DNA of 63,743 nt, filler included, from Cercozoa sp. M6MM (GCA_040357565.1; 8 parts of 8 records of this genome joined end to end with filler, not necessarily neighbours in it); one strand, 5' to 3'; positions 1-13,500 are shown, numbered from the whole stretch's first letter. The notes: generated by a model not told the origin, from the sequence alone. Made by a program: numbers and translations.

Positions 1-218
1 CCAGGCAACATGGACGGCGCCATCTTTGAGATTCTCAAGCGACGAAATGCCATCGCTGCCGAGGAGAGGTGCATTTTGAATTTACCCGCACCCTCCTACT
101 TTTTTTACCCTTACTGCTTTACTAACCCTCCTTATCCTTAACCCCTTAACCCCTCCAACAATGTGACAGCGACGACTCGGACGACTCGGATTCGGAATGG
201 GAAGATGACGATGACTAG
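1..218 (+). CDS. 3' end of SCAR/WAVE (WASP-family) Arp2/3 activator, central + acidic domain
   Basis: Splicing GT-AG intron 69-169 gives PGNMDGAIFEILKRRNAIAAEESDDSDDSDSEWEDDDD*: amphipathic ILxRR central helix plus acidic tail with the conserved Trp. 5'-truncated by window edge. Confidence 0.75.
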
Positions 219-395
219 ACGCGTCTGGAGTGTTGCGAATTGTTGCTGACAAACTGAGTTATTGTCCACTACTCAAAGCTTACCTTAGTTTTCACGAAAC
301 TCGACTTTCGTTTTGCCCAGGCTGGAAAATGATCGTTCGCTATTTCTCATTTCGCTCTTTCTTTTGTGCCCTGCGCATCGTTGAACAGTCTGCAA

Positions 396-1708
396 ATGCA
401 GGAAGCACTGCTGCAGGAGCGTCGCGGCAAACGCAATCCACTGGTGCATTGGATTGGGTTTCTATTTTTTTTTTGGTTTTTTGCTTGATCGGTTGTTTCG
501 ACCAAGAGGGATTTGCTGTACTTGTCGTAGGTGTGGGTGGCTGCATTGGCAACGATTGGTGCTATTCTGACGGCCATTGCCATCACAGTGATCTACACGA
601 GTGGCAGTAATGTCTCCTGCTTCCGCTCGGTCGGTCAGTTGCCTGCTTTTTCCCATATTTGTCCCTGTCGCAGGTGGACCCAAGGATCCATTGGAGAGGG
701 CCAATTGGCTGCTGAAGCAACATCCCGTTCTTGACGGACACAATGATCTTCCCTACCGGTATTTTGCGATGCCTGTAAGTGGGGTTTGTTTTTTTGTACT
801 TCTATCTGACCCAGTTGGCGTCAGCGCGGCGAGCTGAATCTGTCGCGTTTCGACTTACACGATGAGGTATAGCTTTAGGGGTCGTCTTAAGGTATTCAGA
901 TGTGTGTGTGTGTGTAGACCCAGATGAAGTCGCTCAAGATGCACACGGACATTCCGCGTCTGCAGCGTGGACATGTTGTAGCTTTTCTTTTCAATGGAAG
1001 TGACCAAAGTGGCTACACTGTGTGGATATGGGTGCTGAGTACACTGTGACCGTGCAGGGTGCGCAATTTTGGAGTGCCTACGTTGGCTGCAACCGTCAGG
1101 GACACGACGCCGTGCGTGCCACGTAGTTTGTGCTTTCTCTGAAGGAGGGGAGTAGGGGTAAAAATGAAAGAGTGTGGATGCAGACTCGAGCAGATCGACA
1201 TGGTGCACCAGTTCGTCGAGGCCTATGTGAGCTTCGCTTTTACCCTTCCCCTTTCAACCCTCTTTGTTCTCTCTTGCCTTCCTTACCTCCTCTTACCTCC
1301 CTTTTTCCTAGGACGAATTCGAGTTCGTCGAGACTGCCGAAGAGCTCGAGCGTGCCATGTATTATTGCATTTATACCCCCCTCGTTTTACCCCTGGCTCC
1401 TCGTCCTCCTACCTCCTCATTTATTGTTGCCCGACTCATACCTCTCCAGGAGCAAGGGCAAGATCGCTTCGTTGATTGGCGTCGAAGGCGGCCACTGTAG
1501 CTTGCGTTTACCTTTAGCGTCCCTTCTTACCCCCTTCTTACCCCCTTCTTACCCATTCTTACCCTTCTTACCCCCTTCTTACCCATTCTTACCCCCTTAC
1601 CCCCTTCTTCCCCCCTCCCCCCCGCAGCCATCGACTCGTCTCTGGGTGCTCTGCGAACCATGTTCGCTCTCGGCGTGCGCTACCTCACGCTGACGCACAC
1701 GTGTCATG
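396..1708 (+). CDS. Membrane dipeptidase (peptidase M19), 3'-truncated, multi-exon
   Basis: Spliced motifs PVLDGHNDLP, HTDIPRL, GAQFWSAYV, TLEQIDMV, KIASLIGVEGGHSIDSSLGALR, GVRYLTLTHTC; N-terminal hydrophobic anchor VWVAALATIGAILTAIAITVIY; all introns GT-AG. Confidence 0.92.
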
Positions 1709-1719
1709 GTGGGGCTTTT

Positions 1720-1819
1720 NNNNNNNNNNNNNNNNNNNNNNNNNNNNNNNNNNNNNNNNNNNNTTAATTAATTAANNNNNNNNNNNNNNNNNNNNNNNNN
1801 NNNNNNNNNNNNNNNNNNN
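1720..1819. other. Artificial contig linker N44-TTAATTAATTAA-N44 (also 5066-5165, 8538-8637, 14345-14444, 40971-41070, 58984-59083, 62476-62575)
   Basis: Identical 100-nt spacer with stops in all six frames, seven times. Confidence 0.98.
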
Positions 1820-3398
1820 AAAACTGCACATACTTGCTTGCTGACACGCATGCTGCGAGAAAGCTGCTTGCCGCCCTTGGATTCCGCCGAGACAGTCGCC
1901 GCCTTTTTTCGCGTCTTTTCGAGAGCGCCCAACAAGGCGTCGAAGATGGCGTCGAAGCAATTGTCATCGGGAACGCATAGTGCTCGCGCGAAACTCGCGA
2001 AATCGCCGAGGCATGACACCTCGTGCGACAGCTGCAGCAGCGACTCGAAGCGCCACAAAAAATCCAGCAAGAACATGAGTGGCGACATCAGGTAGGCCTC
2101 GAATCTCGGCAGTCCTTCTTCCTGTATCAAGAACTTCGCAGTGATTTCGCAAGCATCGCACGAATTTCGAAACATCGCAAAGCTATTGCGCAAAATATAC
2201 GCAAAGCTATTTAAACGACCAAAAGGATTTCGAATTTGTCGCGAGCTTCGCTAAAATTTCGCAAGCATCGCACGAATTTCGCAAAGATCGGAGGAACTTC
2301 AAAACGTCGCAAGAATTTCGAAAACATCGCAGAAATTTCGAAACATCGCGAGAATTTCGAAATTGCAGCAGAGATTTGAAAAGAGGTCGAAAATAGAAAA
2401 AAACTTTGTGAAGGTGGCACCTCAAACTCGAAGTGCTCGGCAGGCTCGAACGTGGTTTCGCTTCTGTACAATGGCGTGTCTTCAAAGATCATGAAGCTAT
2501 CGGACTCGTGGAACATGCGCTTGCGACGCGCGGCCATCTGGATCTCGGGCGGCTCGGTGTAGTACTCGACGATAGGTGGTGACTCCTGCGACTCTTGTGT
2601 CGTCTCTTCCACCATCGGCTCCGGCTGCACTGTCTCGATCTCGACGACGCCCTTCGCCGCCGGTGCTTTCGCTTTCGCTTTCGCTTTCGATTTCGACGAC
2701 TTGGATCGCGAACTTTCACTTCGCTCGCGCTTTCTTTCCCTTCGAAAAACACAATTTCGCACTCAAATCTCAACATTTTCCAAAAGTTAAATTCCGAAAT
2801 CGTAGCACAAGTTTCGAAATTAAAGCGCAAAATTTCGAATCGTAGCGTAAAATTTCGAAATCGTCGCAAAGTTTCGAAATCTCGCGCAAAATTTCGAAAT
2901 CACAGAGAAGCAAGCAAAAGCAAACGCACCCTTTTCGTTCGCGACGTCGCTCTCGCTTGCGGTCGCTTCGAATTCGACCGCTTCGGTCGCGATTTCGGTC
3001 CAAGCGCGGCCGGCCGCGCTTTCGGACTCGTGGCTTGAGTGTGGCACCTCTCTCCTTCACATAGGCAGTAAGAACTTAAAGAGCGTAAAAAGAACAATGA
3101 GAAACCTCGCGAAGTCGTTTCCACTCAACTCGAGCACGCTGTAGCCAGGCAAGAGTGTCATCGCCGGTGTCGACCGCGCGGAGTCGGAGTTCCTCACCGC
3201 CAAAGTTGGCGTACAGCATCTCGGGCGCCTTGGCGTTCAGAATGTCCGGTGCCTTTCGGCACGCTTCCATCGCATCAAACGTCAGGTCGCGGAACGCACC
3301 TGTTGTCCGGAACACCGATAACACGAACCAAGCACACGTGCCCACAAAATTGATCGCTCACCTTCTGGCGCGAGTGTCTCCCATGACATCGATGTCAT
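1820..3398 (-). CDS. Uncharacterised multi-exon protein, 3'-truncated
   Basis: Coding-like exons (GAFRDLTFDAMEACRKAPDIL; EEGLPRFEAYLMSPLMFLLDFLWRFE; FDAIFDALLGALEK) separated by GT-AG introns; no family recognised. Confidence 0.55.
2125..2930. repeat. Degenerate palindromic intronic repeats (AAATTT/TTCGAA/TCGCGA mosaic), blocks about 2125-2400 and 2735-2930
   Basis: Recurrent GAAATTTCG, TTTCGAAA and ATCGC units confined to the non-coding parts of the gene. Confidence 0.8.
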
Positions 3399-3742
3399 GA
3401 AAAAGAGGCACTATGGGCCACTTGGGGCCTAAAACAATTAACCGCACACCGATAGAGCACACTCCTGGCGCTTTTACGCGTGTTTCGTTGTTGGCTCTGT
3501 TGAGCCGAAAAGGAGAACACGGGATTTCGTCGAACATAACAGTGCATACGTGTGACCAAGAGCCTTAGGGTGTTTCTCACGTGTACACAGTAGGTTTAAA
3601 TCAACTTTGTGCCTTTTGGATGTGTGCTGATTGAACGCGCGTGGGTGGGGTCAGATGCAAGCACTGTTGTCGGAGTTAAACTGTGCGAAGAAGCCGCATC
3701 TCCATCATGTAAAGGAGAGTCAGAAGAAGGTGCGACAACCCA

Positions 3743-4937
3743 ATGACCGCGAAGTCGTTTGTATTTTTTTCTGAACAGGAAGTGCACTTTGGCTTCTCGG
3801 CGCGTCCAGTTGATGAGATCGTTCTGGGCGACCTGGCCGAAGGCTTGCTACTGAGCGATGAACTTTGCGAACTGTCCGGACAAGGCGAAGAAATTCTGCC
3901 AGCACAGGAAGGTATCTCACTTCATCGCAGCTCGAAGCGACTCAGCTCAACTCAACTCAACTCAACCCAAAGCAAAGCAACTCAACTCAAAGCAAAGCAA
4001 CTCAACTCAAGCAAAGCAACTCAACTCAACTCAAAGCAACTCAACTTTTATTGTTTGTACAGGTGCGTATGAACGAGTTTCGACGGCGAAAGATCTGGGC
4101 CGACTGTTTCTGGGTCCGTACGGCGCCGCCAACGACCGCACGTTTCTGCAAGCGAACGACGTGAGGCACATGGTGTCGATCTCGTCGCACCTGGAGCACG
4201 TCAAGCCGCGTCGCTTCGACGACGTGCACTACCTGGCGCTGTCGCTGCCGGACCACTGCAATGCCGACACGTCGGCGCTGCTGCACGACGCTTTCGTCTT
4301 TGTGCGATACTTTGTGCGTTGCGCTTTGTGCTTTGAGTTGAGTTGCTTTGCTTTGCTTTGAGTTGAGTTGCTTTGAGTTGAGTTGAGTTGAGTTGCTTTG
4401 AGTTGAGTTGAGTTGAGTTGAGTTGAGTTGAGTTGAGTTGCTTTGCTTTGCTTTGCTTTGCTTTGCTTTGAGTTGAGTTGAGTTGAGTTGAGTTGATGTA
4501 TAGCTACAACGCGGGCGGAACGTGCTGGTGCACTGTCAGTTCGGCGTATCGCGAAGTGCGACCGTGGTGGTGCATTTGCTGATGGAGCTGCAGGCTGCGC
4601 TGAATCGACGCGTGTCCAGGTGAGTTTACTTTTTGCTTTGCTTCGCTTTGCTTTTTTGAGTTGAGTTGAGTTGAGTTGAGTTGAGTTGAGTTGAGTTGAG
4701 TTGCTTTGCTTTTGGGTTGAGTTGCTTTGAGTTGCTTTGCTTTTGAGTTGAGTTGAGTTGCTTTGAGTTGAGTTGCTTTGAGTTGAGAGTTGCTTCAGGG
4801 ACATCTGCATCGATCGCGTGCGTCGCTTTCGACCGGTGGTGCTGCCGAATCGCGGTTTCATGGCGGCGCTTTTCGCAGAGCAGAGCACTCTCAATCGACG
4901 CTGGCTGCGGCGCAACCTGCTGCGCGCTCTCCAGTAG
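3743..4937 (+). CDS. Dual-specificity protein phosphatase (DSPc)
   Basis: Introns 3912-4062, 4314-4503, 4620-4798 give RLFLGPYGAA..LSLPD..NVLVHCQFGVSRSAT..VRRFRPVVLPNRGFM; HCxxGxSR catalytic motif. Start uncertain; 3' end may continue after another intron. Confidence 0.92.
3941..4795. repeat. Pentamer arrays: (CTCAA/GCAAA)n in intron 1, (TTGAG/TTTGC)n in introns 2 and 3 of the phosphatase
   Basis: Directly visible at 3941-4046, about 4325-4495 and about 4630-4790. Confidence 0.95.
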
Positions 4938-5165
4938 CGTTTATACTCCCCTGTTTACCCCCCCTGTTTACCCCCCGATTTACCCCCCCCCCCCTTTTTA
5001 CCCCCCCCCTATTTACCCCCCCCCTGTTTACCCCCCTGTTTACCCCCCTGTTCACCCCCCCCCCCNNNNNNNNNNNNNNNNNNNNNNNNNNNNNNNNNNN
5101 NNNNNNNNNTTAATTAATTAANNNNNNNNNNNNNNNNNNNNNNNNNNNNNNNNNNNNNNNNNNNN

Positions 5166-5646
5166 CAAAACAGAAGGCGCACTTGGAGGAGACGCGCATC
5201 GTGCGCACCTGCGCCTGCTTGACCAGTGCGTCCAGCTGCGCCTTCGCCTGCAATAACTCCCCAAACAAGGTAGTTCGTATTTGCATGTGCTTCCGCTGAT
5301 TTCCCATATTCTTCCCCTGCCCTTCCCCTCCCCTAAGACTACCTTGTTCAGACGCAGACGCAAGTGCACGGCCTGCTTGTACAACTGCGCATACTCGGCA
5401 CGCTCCGCCAGCGCCTTGTCGTTTCTCTCGTCGCTGCCGTCCTGTCAGACCACACAAACATTCGCTCCTTTAACAATAGGCTCTAAACAACACCCCCTCA
5501 AACAACACCCCCTTAAACTACGAGACACACACTCATACACGCACCGTATTGGGCTGCAAATGCTGTTCGATCCGCCGCTCCAGTGCCTCCAGCTGCTGCG
5601 TGCGCTGCTTGATGCGTTTGTCACGCTCCAGCGCTGAGTCTACCAT
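5166..5646 (-). CDS. Coiled-coil protein, 5' part, 3'-truncated
   Basis: MVDSALERDKRIKQRTQQLEALERRIEQHLQ | ..ALAERAEYAQLYKQAVHLRLRLNK | AKAQLDALVKQAQ with GT-AG introns. Confidence 0.5.
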
Positions 5647-5947
5647 TGTTACACCGCGTGCCACGCGTCAATGCCTAATAGGTCCTCTTTTGACGCCTAA
5701 TTTGCCGTGTTTTTGGCGTCACGAGGCGCACCCTTAATTCATACACTTGTCCTCTGGTTTCACACACTTTCCAAGCATGTAACGTAGTGCACACGTGTGT
5801 TGGGCGCGGACACTGTACAATAGAAATATTAGCACTTTGGTGGAGTGAAGCAGAACACGGCAAGAAGCAGCGGGTAAGCCCATCGATCAGTCCAGCTCAT
5901 GTGATGACTACAGAGCCTACCTGCTGGAGTTACGTTGTACTGCAGTC

Positions 5948-7147
5948 ATGGCTGCGCCGACGTTCACACAGCTGAGCTTCCGCGCCGACACGCAGACACC
6001 AGTGCTGCTGCGTGCGGTGCTGGAGGAGCGCGCACGTGTGGACCCGTCGATTCGCACCGTACAGAATCCTGACACGTGTGTTGATCTCAGTGGCCACAGT
6101 ACGGTGCCGTTTTGTACGCCTGTTGCAGGACCAGTTGGACATACTGGTGGACGAGTTGTTGTCACCGTGTGAGCAGGTGGTATGTGTGTCTAGTGTATTA
6201 CCCCCGTGCCTGTGACCTTCTGTTGTGTGTGACCCAGCGGGAGCGCAGTCTGGCCGAGTGGAGGCAGCTAAGTGTGCATCAGTGGCGACACGAGGTGCCT
6301 CTGCCGGCGCTGTTGCGCGTGTACCTGCGGCACCTGTGTCTGCAGTGCCGTATGACGCAGGAGGATGCCGAGGTCAACTGGCGCTGCCGCAACGGCGCCT
6401 CGGTGGCGGCCGTTGTTGCTGCCGCCGACCTGGCGCAGCTGCTGGCCATGGGCATCGCTCGCGAGGCCGCCCTGGAGGCTCTTTTTGCCACTCAGTCTGT
6501 CCTGGGTACTGTGCAGACTATATTATAGAGTCGGGGTATGATATAATGTGTCCACAGAGGCAGCCGACCTGTGCTTTGACCCGGCCGCCAGGAGTGCAGC
6601 TGTACAGCAGGTGAGCACATGCGCACGTGCTCCACTGGACTGGAAGGTCACGTGCGTTTCTTGTAGGCACGTGTCAAACAAGGCTTGTCGCCCGTGGCTC
6701 CCGTCTACGTAGTGTTCGCCCCTCCCCTTTCCTCCTGACCCCCTCCCTGGCCTCTGAGCAATTTGTCTCCCCAGACACCGCCAACGGCGGATCTGACTGT
6801 GCTGGACAAGTTCCACACCGATTGTTTCGGTACCACTGCGTCCCACTGGCATATCAGTCAGTCATGTGTCTAGCACATGTGTGTCTGTGTGTCCGCGTGG
6901 ACAGAGAGTATCAATGACGAGTCGCTATTGGAACTCTTTCATTGCGAGAGGGTAGTAGGACTTTGCCTCTTACCTTTTACCCTCTTGCCCTTTACCCTCT
7001 TGCCCTTTACCCTCTTACCCTTTACCCTTTACCCTCTTACCCTTTACCCTCTTACCCTTCCCGCACCCACCCCGACAGGAACGACACGAGAAACTGCGCC
7101 AAGTGGCGATTGAAAACACAGGCTCTGATGCAGGTGCTGCCGTAAGC

Positions 7148-7197
<50 letters not shown>

Positions 7198-7508
7198 CCA
7201 CACACACCCTTATATGTTAATATCCTTGTGTCTTCAGGATCTGTTTCGAAGTTTCGTTCGCGGCGTGTGTGCCAAGGTTCGCAGTTCGGGTAGTTTCTGC
7301 CCCCTCTTACCCTAGCTCGTACTCCTTACCTACCTGGCACTCGGTACTCCAGGTGACAAGGTGCAGCTCACGTCACGTGACCTGCAGCGTGTGGTACACT
7401 GATTGCTTGTGCCATGTTATCATGTTGTATGTCTGTGTTTAGACGGCGGAACAGAGACATCTCGACCTGCCGGATCGAACTGCACTCGAAACCATCGACA
7501 TCACGTAG

Positions 7509-7563
<55 letters not shown>

Positions 7564-7971
7564 CACATACACATACACACACACCCTGTATGTGTTTTGA
7601 TTCGTTCATTGTACAACTGTGTGTTTCGATTGGAACAGGATCGAGGAGGGCGCTCCGAAACAGCAGGATTTTGGGGATTCCGGGCCTGACAATTGGCTAA
7701 CGTAACGCTTCTTACTGTCTTGTCGGCTTTTTTAAAATGTGTTTGTTTAAATTAACACTGCAGAGTGGAAGACGTTGTGGATTGGGAAGAATACCCGCTC
7801 GATCAATGTCTGCTGCTGCTGCCGTGTGCACACGTTCCGGTATCAGCACGAACGGCGAGCCAGTGCGGCATCAAGCCTGGTGGCAAGTGCCCCATGTGCC
7901 AGGTCGCGATCCAAGACACCGTTCGTCTCTGCACCAAGCCCCAAGACAACATTAGCTTTCAAAGTGAATGA
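5948..7971 (+). CDS. Protein with UBA-like domain and C-terminal RING-like finger (putative ubiquitin ligase)
   Basis: DLAQLLAMGIAREAALEALFAT (UBA MG motif) and terminal LLPCAH..CGIKPGGKCPMCQVAIQDTVRL; many short introns. First RING Cys pair not clearly found. Confidence 0.62.
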
Positions 7972-8236
7972 AATTGTAAATAGTAGTACAATTGTAGTTT
8001 CAATGCAGTTCCAGTGAGTTAGAGCCTGATTAAGCCCCAAGTTGCAGCACCGGCGCGGTTTTGATTTTCAGTTTTGACAGATTCCTGCGAGATCAACGTT
8101 TAATCACTCTTTGCGCATCTCGTAGCGTGCAGTCGCGGTTAACGGTAATTGCGCTTGTGTTGGAGCACGCTAAGCGCTTTCTGTGCGCAGTGTGATCAAT
8201 AAATCAATTTGTCTATGTCCGCGTCACAGAGAGAAG

Positions 8237-8472
8237 ATGCCGCTCATCACGATGTGCGGCCAGCCGTGCGCTGGCAAGACTTGGCGTGCACACCAGCTCC
8301 AGCAGTTTCTGGAACGGGCGATGGAGGAGGTAAAAGAAAATACCTGTGTTGGTATGTATATACGTATGTTGCAACAGGGCGACGTGAAACGCATGCCAGT
8401 GCACATGGTTAATGAGGAGACACTCGGCATCGATCGACGCGACGCCTACTCCGGTGTGGAAGCTGAGAAACA
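8237..8472 (+). CDS. KTI12: KTI12 (Elongator-associated P-loop protein), 5' fragment
   Basis: MPLITMCGQPCAGKT P-loop start and VNEETLGIDRRDAYS..EK, typical of KTI12; contig ends in a CA repeat. Confidence 0.85.
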
Positions 8473-8487
8473 GTAGCGCTGTTCTTA

Positions 8488-8537
<50 letters not shown>

Positions 8538-8637
8538 NNNNNNNNNNNNNNNNNNNNNNNNNNNNNNNNNNNNNNNNNNNNTTAATTAATTAANNNNNNN
8601 NNNNNNNNNNNNNNNNNNNNNNNNNNNNNNNNNNNNN

Positions 8638-8699
<62 letters not shown>

Positions 8700-8703
<4 letters not shown>

Positions 8704-10221
8704 GCACTGAGAGTGAGTGCAAGTGCAGTGGCCGAGCGACTTGTCGGACGCTGTGGCGTCGATGCTGCAGTCGGCCACTCTGCTGAGGCGGTGCCTGTCT
8801 CCACATACTATATACTGAAGATATACCAGATGTATGTATATATGTATATGTATATATATATGTATACTAGATTTATATATATATACACATGTATATGTTA
8901 TGTATATTAGATATATATATATATATATATAGATTTTATTAACTTATTTATATATATGTCACTAGATTTATATGTATGTATGTATATGTATGTATATGTT
9001 ATGTATTCTAGATTTATATATATATATATAGATGTATATACCAGATAATTATATACGTATATATATATATATACCAGATGTATGTACGTATATATGCCAG
9101 GTATAGAATATGTGTGGTGTGTGTGTGTGTGTGTGTGCAGACGCTCAGTCGAGTACGCCCGACGACTGCGCGGTCTGCCGGTGGCTACTGGTGGCTACAC
9201 TCAACAGACTGGCTACGCTCAGACTAGCAACGGCTCAACGCGAGAGCCGGCACCCGAGAGCGGGCGCATCATGGTCGAGCTGCAGGACGCCGAGTCGCCT
9301 GTGCCGCAAGAAACGCTACCTCCGGCAGATCCGCCGGCGGCCGTCCGCGTGGACACGAGAAACGCGCCGTCAGTGGTACCGACGCGTCAGTCGGTGTACT
9401 CGAGTGACTGCGGCAGCGTGCAGGTGCAGGTGCAGATGCCGCCGCCGACACAGCGTCGCTCGCACAGTGTGCCGGCGCAGCGACACCGTCGCGAGCGTTT
9501 CTCCGCCGACGACTCTGCCGACGGTAGCAGTGACGGTGAGGATGATCGGCGGCACCGTCGTGGTCGCGATCGGCACCGACGCGAGCACCGTCGCAGTGAG
9601 CTGCGTGAGCAGGAGGAGCGACGGTCGCGGCAGCACCGCAGTCGCAGTCGCAGTCGCAGTCAGCACCGGCGGCGGCACGACGAGACTGCCGACCCTTGGC
9701 AAGGCTTCTCGCAGCTCCTGTCCCAACTGCCCCAACAACATCAACAACCACTGCCCCAACAACAACAACAACAACAACAGCACCAACAACAACAACCGTC
9801 CCAACAACGACAGCAACTGCCCCAACAACAGCAGGTGCCAGTGCACTTGGTGCAGCCGCTGCCGCAGCAAAAAGTCCAACCGATTGAGGTGGTCGTGATG
9901 CAGCCTCCGCAGCCTCCGCCTGTAGTCAACGTGCAGCCTGTCATGTACGCATGTCCTTGCATGCTTACACCAGTGACGATCTACCTTGGTGTGCGTGTGT
10001 GTGTGTGTGCAAGCAGAAGGGAAGTGTGTGAGGCCCCTCGCCGCAGTCGGTCTGCACCGGCACGAGCTTTCATGCGACCTGCTGCTGCCTCGGGTACACC
10101 TGTCTACAACCCTCCTGTCGTGGTCGAAGACGTGTCGTCGCTTCGACTGGGCGGAAACCGAGTGACGTTGCCGCCCAAGATTGCTTTGCCCCCGTCACCC
10201 TGCACGCCGTCATCGTCGTAG
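8700..10221 (+). CDS. Low-complexity R/H- and Q/P-rich protein, 5'-truncated
   Basis: Long GC-rich exon about 9141-9945 with RSRSRS and polyQ, preceded by a TA-rich intron and followed by a short intron and stop at 10221. Confidence 0.55.
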
Positions 10222-10532
10222 CACTCTTGTATTGCTTCAATTGTCTATCATGCATTGCAATGGAACAGACGCTTTCCGCCCCTCGTGGTACACACCGACG
10301 GCATGGTGACCGACGACATGACTGGCATCGCCTTTCGTCCTTTCGAGCCGGTAGACTGCTGACGAAACGTGCTTGTAGTCGAATTGTTAGAAACAAAATT
10401 AAGCACCACACAGCTCACGTTGGTTGCTGCCGTACGTGACCGCTCCGGCCGGCCTTTAGTGCCGTCGCATACGAGCAGAACAGTTCCAGGTCACACGACA
10501 CTCAGCTCTTTAACGCCGACTGTGGCTTCAAT

Positions 10533-13500
10533 TCAAAGTTCTTTTCGTACGCAGATTCTTGACTGCTTGTGCCTGTCGACGTGCTCGGTAGTGCCTTCAG
10601 TGTGCAGTCGAAGCGCGTCAGTATCTTTTTGTGAATCTTTGAGATATTGCGCTGCTTGGTGCTGAAGGAAGCAAAGGCGTGAGTCAGTGCAGCGTGGAGC
10701 AGGTCGCAATAGCACGGCGAGTTCTATGTTTTATGCGCCTATTTGAGAACATTTAAAGCGTTTCTTCCACTTATAGTGTACCAAAACAATGCCGAGTTCG
10801 TCAACCGACTTGTCCACAGCTTTCTTCACAAACTCCACGACGTGGCAGTGCAGCTTGATCGTTCCAAAGTACGGAATCTCCACAACCGCATCCAGCACGG
10901 GCTTGTTGAGTTGTTCGACCACGCGTCTGCCCAATTCGGCAAGCTCATCGCGTCGCTCGCCCGATAGCGTGTCAAAGTCGACTCCAATCTTCTTCAAACC
11001 GATCGGCGAAAGCTGGTTTTCGACGCAGCGCATCCACTGTTGCATACCATTCGGCAAAGAGAGCTACCGACGAACAAGCGCGTGGCATAAATTTAGTAGC
11101 AAGAAAATACGTGTGCTCGTTCGTAGCGCGCTCTTGCGCTAAACAGCGGGCCAAACATCGACTTAATCGACCACGCGTATGGAGGCAGTTCCTCGAAATC
11201 GGTTTCGCGCAAGCCACTCGGATGCGAAGCTTGATACCGACGCTACAAGAAATAAGCATGGTTTTTTTTGCATCCAAACAATTTAAAGGAACTAAATATA
11301 TGGCGGGCGAACTTACAATGAACCGTGACGACATGAAATTGAAACGCTTGGACATTTCTGGATCATCCTTGATTTTCGACGACTTCTCTGCGCGGTACTC
11401 AAGAACTTTGTCATATTCTTGTTCTTCCAGTTCGCGTCTGAGCTTTGCCAGTTCACATCGTTTCTGCTTCAGCTTCTCTTCTTGCTGCACGCCTGCTTGT
11501 AGCAGTCTCTCTACTACAGGCACCGAAGACTCCTGTACAGTTATACAGTCTCATGAAGTGCTGTACAGCTACAAAGACGACACAGGGAAATTCAATGTGA
11601 TTTTACCGTGCAATAATGTGGAGGTCTGTGTGGGAGATAGGGTTTGAAAGGCGTTATTTTCTTCAACTCTTGCTGATTCCCACGTTAAAGTTATCGTTGA
11701 TGGATAGTAATTTAAAGTTATGGGGTAAAGTACCTCACGGCGATGCCGTGCCTCGAATCGTTTCGCTCCGAAGGCAGACCTTTCATCGAATCTGCGCAGC
11801 AGTACAACCGTCCAGAAGAAGGCGGAAGATAAGAATTTTAGACAAATGCACTTCCAGCATAAATTTACAGCTTTTGGAAGACAGATCGAGTTCGGTAGCC
11901 AATCGGCTTTCTGACATGGCGTCGTTTTTGCCTGTACAAGGTGTCGACATCCGCAACTTGTGGTCTTCTTTTGCTTAGCTTCGGTGATTGCGAAAGGCGT
12001 CGCAGTCGCAGAATTTGAGGAGCATTTTCGCAGACCGCATTTACAAGAGCACCCACGGAGACGACGCACCGGTTGTCGTACCCTTCTTGCGGAAACTCCG
12101 TCTCTCCGTAGGTTGAGAAAATGCTCCGAAGGAAATGCACTGAATGTAAGTTAGTTTTTGAGTCACATTTAAAACGTATAGGTACGGTATACACGAAGGC
12201 ATGCATCCAAACTCGTTTAATTTCGTTTCCGTACCTTTAGCAAGCTTCTCAAAGTAGGAGTCCTTGTCCTCGGCTTCTGGATCTCTCTCGTCATAGAATC
12301 CCATTCGAAGCAACAACTTGTCGACTTGCGCCCACTCCTGCAAGTAAGGTAAATAAACATTATCATCAGTCATAATTCCGCGAAGGAAGCAATTTGTGTT
12401 TAGTACCATCGGAGGGATGTCATTTAACACAAGCCACCTAGAAAAAGTCGTCATAAACGCACACAGTACGCATGTTTTGCCTTACTTGGTCGCCGAGTTT
12501 TTGTCGAGGGTCTTGTCGGAGCGAATTTGTTGTATCACGTCATCGTAAGACTTGTTGTCTATCTCTCCTTTCGCCTGCAATACCTCGCAACCTAAAGCAC
12601 AACCGATCGCATTACAGATATATAGCGGTATTTCTCTAGAATATTAACTTAAATTTTTAAATTTCGTCGCATTCACCAAAATGAATCTCACATATTCTTT
12701 TTCGCCAGTAAAGTCTGCTCACAGGAGACGTACTGCGCGGAGGTTCTCTCATCTCTTGAAACACTTTCTCACGCTCATTCAGCAAATTCTCTCGCGCACG
12801 ACGCGGAGAATCACGAAGGAAACCCGGGGTTCCACGAGTGTCATGCAGTTCCGGCTTTTCCCGTGCGAACATGTGTGAGCCCTCAGATCTTCTTCTGCGA
12901 AGTTCTTGCCGAGTCCGCGCTCTTTTGGGTGCTTGCTGTTTGACACCCGAAGTCGAACCAAAAGTACTGGGATCAAATGAGTGTCGACGAGTTGGAAAGT
13001 CGTCCAGAGGGAGCATGTTTTGCGTATGTGTGACTGTAAGGCGCTCGAAACCTTTGACGGAAGACGGGTTTTCTTGTACAGGGTGTACCGCTGCTTGCTC
13101 AAACCCGAAAGGTGTCTCGTTGTGCTGTTTCTTCAAAGCTTCGTCTTCGCTCTTGATCGTGTCTTCGTCGGAGTCTGATGATGACTCCAGCGCTTCAATA
13201 CTGCTACTGCAGTACTCAGTGACAGAAGGAGGAGCAAGCAGTTGTTTTGTGTTCGGTTGCGACTCCATCGGGTCCGGAGGCACCTCGGGTGAATTGTGCC
13301 TACTGCTCGAGCTGCTCAGGGAAGACTTGGAGTTTCCGATCACCTTGACTGAGCAAGAACTTGTGGACAAAACCACTGCGCCCTTTGACTCGTTTGACAG
13401 TGACCTGTTGTTAGAAGTGTGCGACTGGGGTGACTCACTCGTCCCAAACTGAGCTTCACCGGCACCTTCTGTCCGTGTCGCATGTGCAAATGGTTGGCTT

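Noticed and set aside
1764-1775. Recurrent TTAATTAATTAA as a biological motif
   Set aside because: Always centred in N44 runs; an artificial six-frame-stop linker.
3382-3399. 18-bp perfect palindrome CATGACATCGATGTCATG
   Set aside because: Single instance overlapping a probable start; no supporting context.
4229-4915. Long ORFs with QLNST or PPVY repeats
   Set aside because: Read-through or antisense translation of intronic repeats.
7150-8700. HTHT/CVCV ORFs (also 46072-46544, 55030-55095, 60300-60410)
   Set aside because: Translations of intronic CA/TACA microsatellites.
10743-12154. Plus-strand ORF chain as genes
   Set aside because: Better explained as the antisense shadow of the minus-strand gene.
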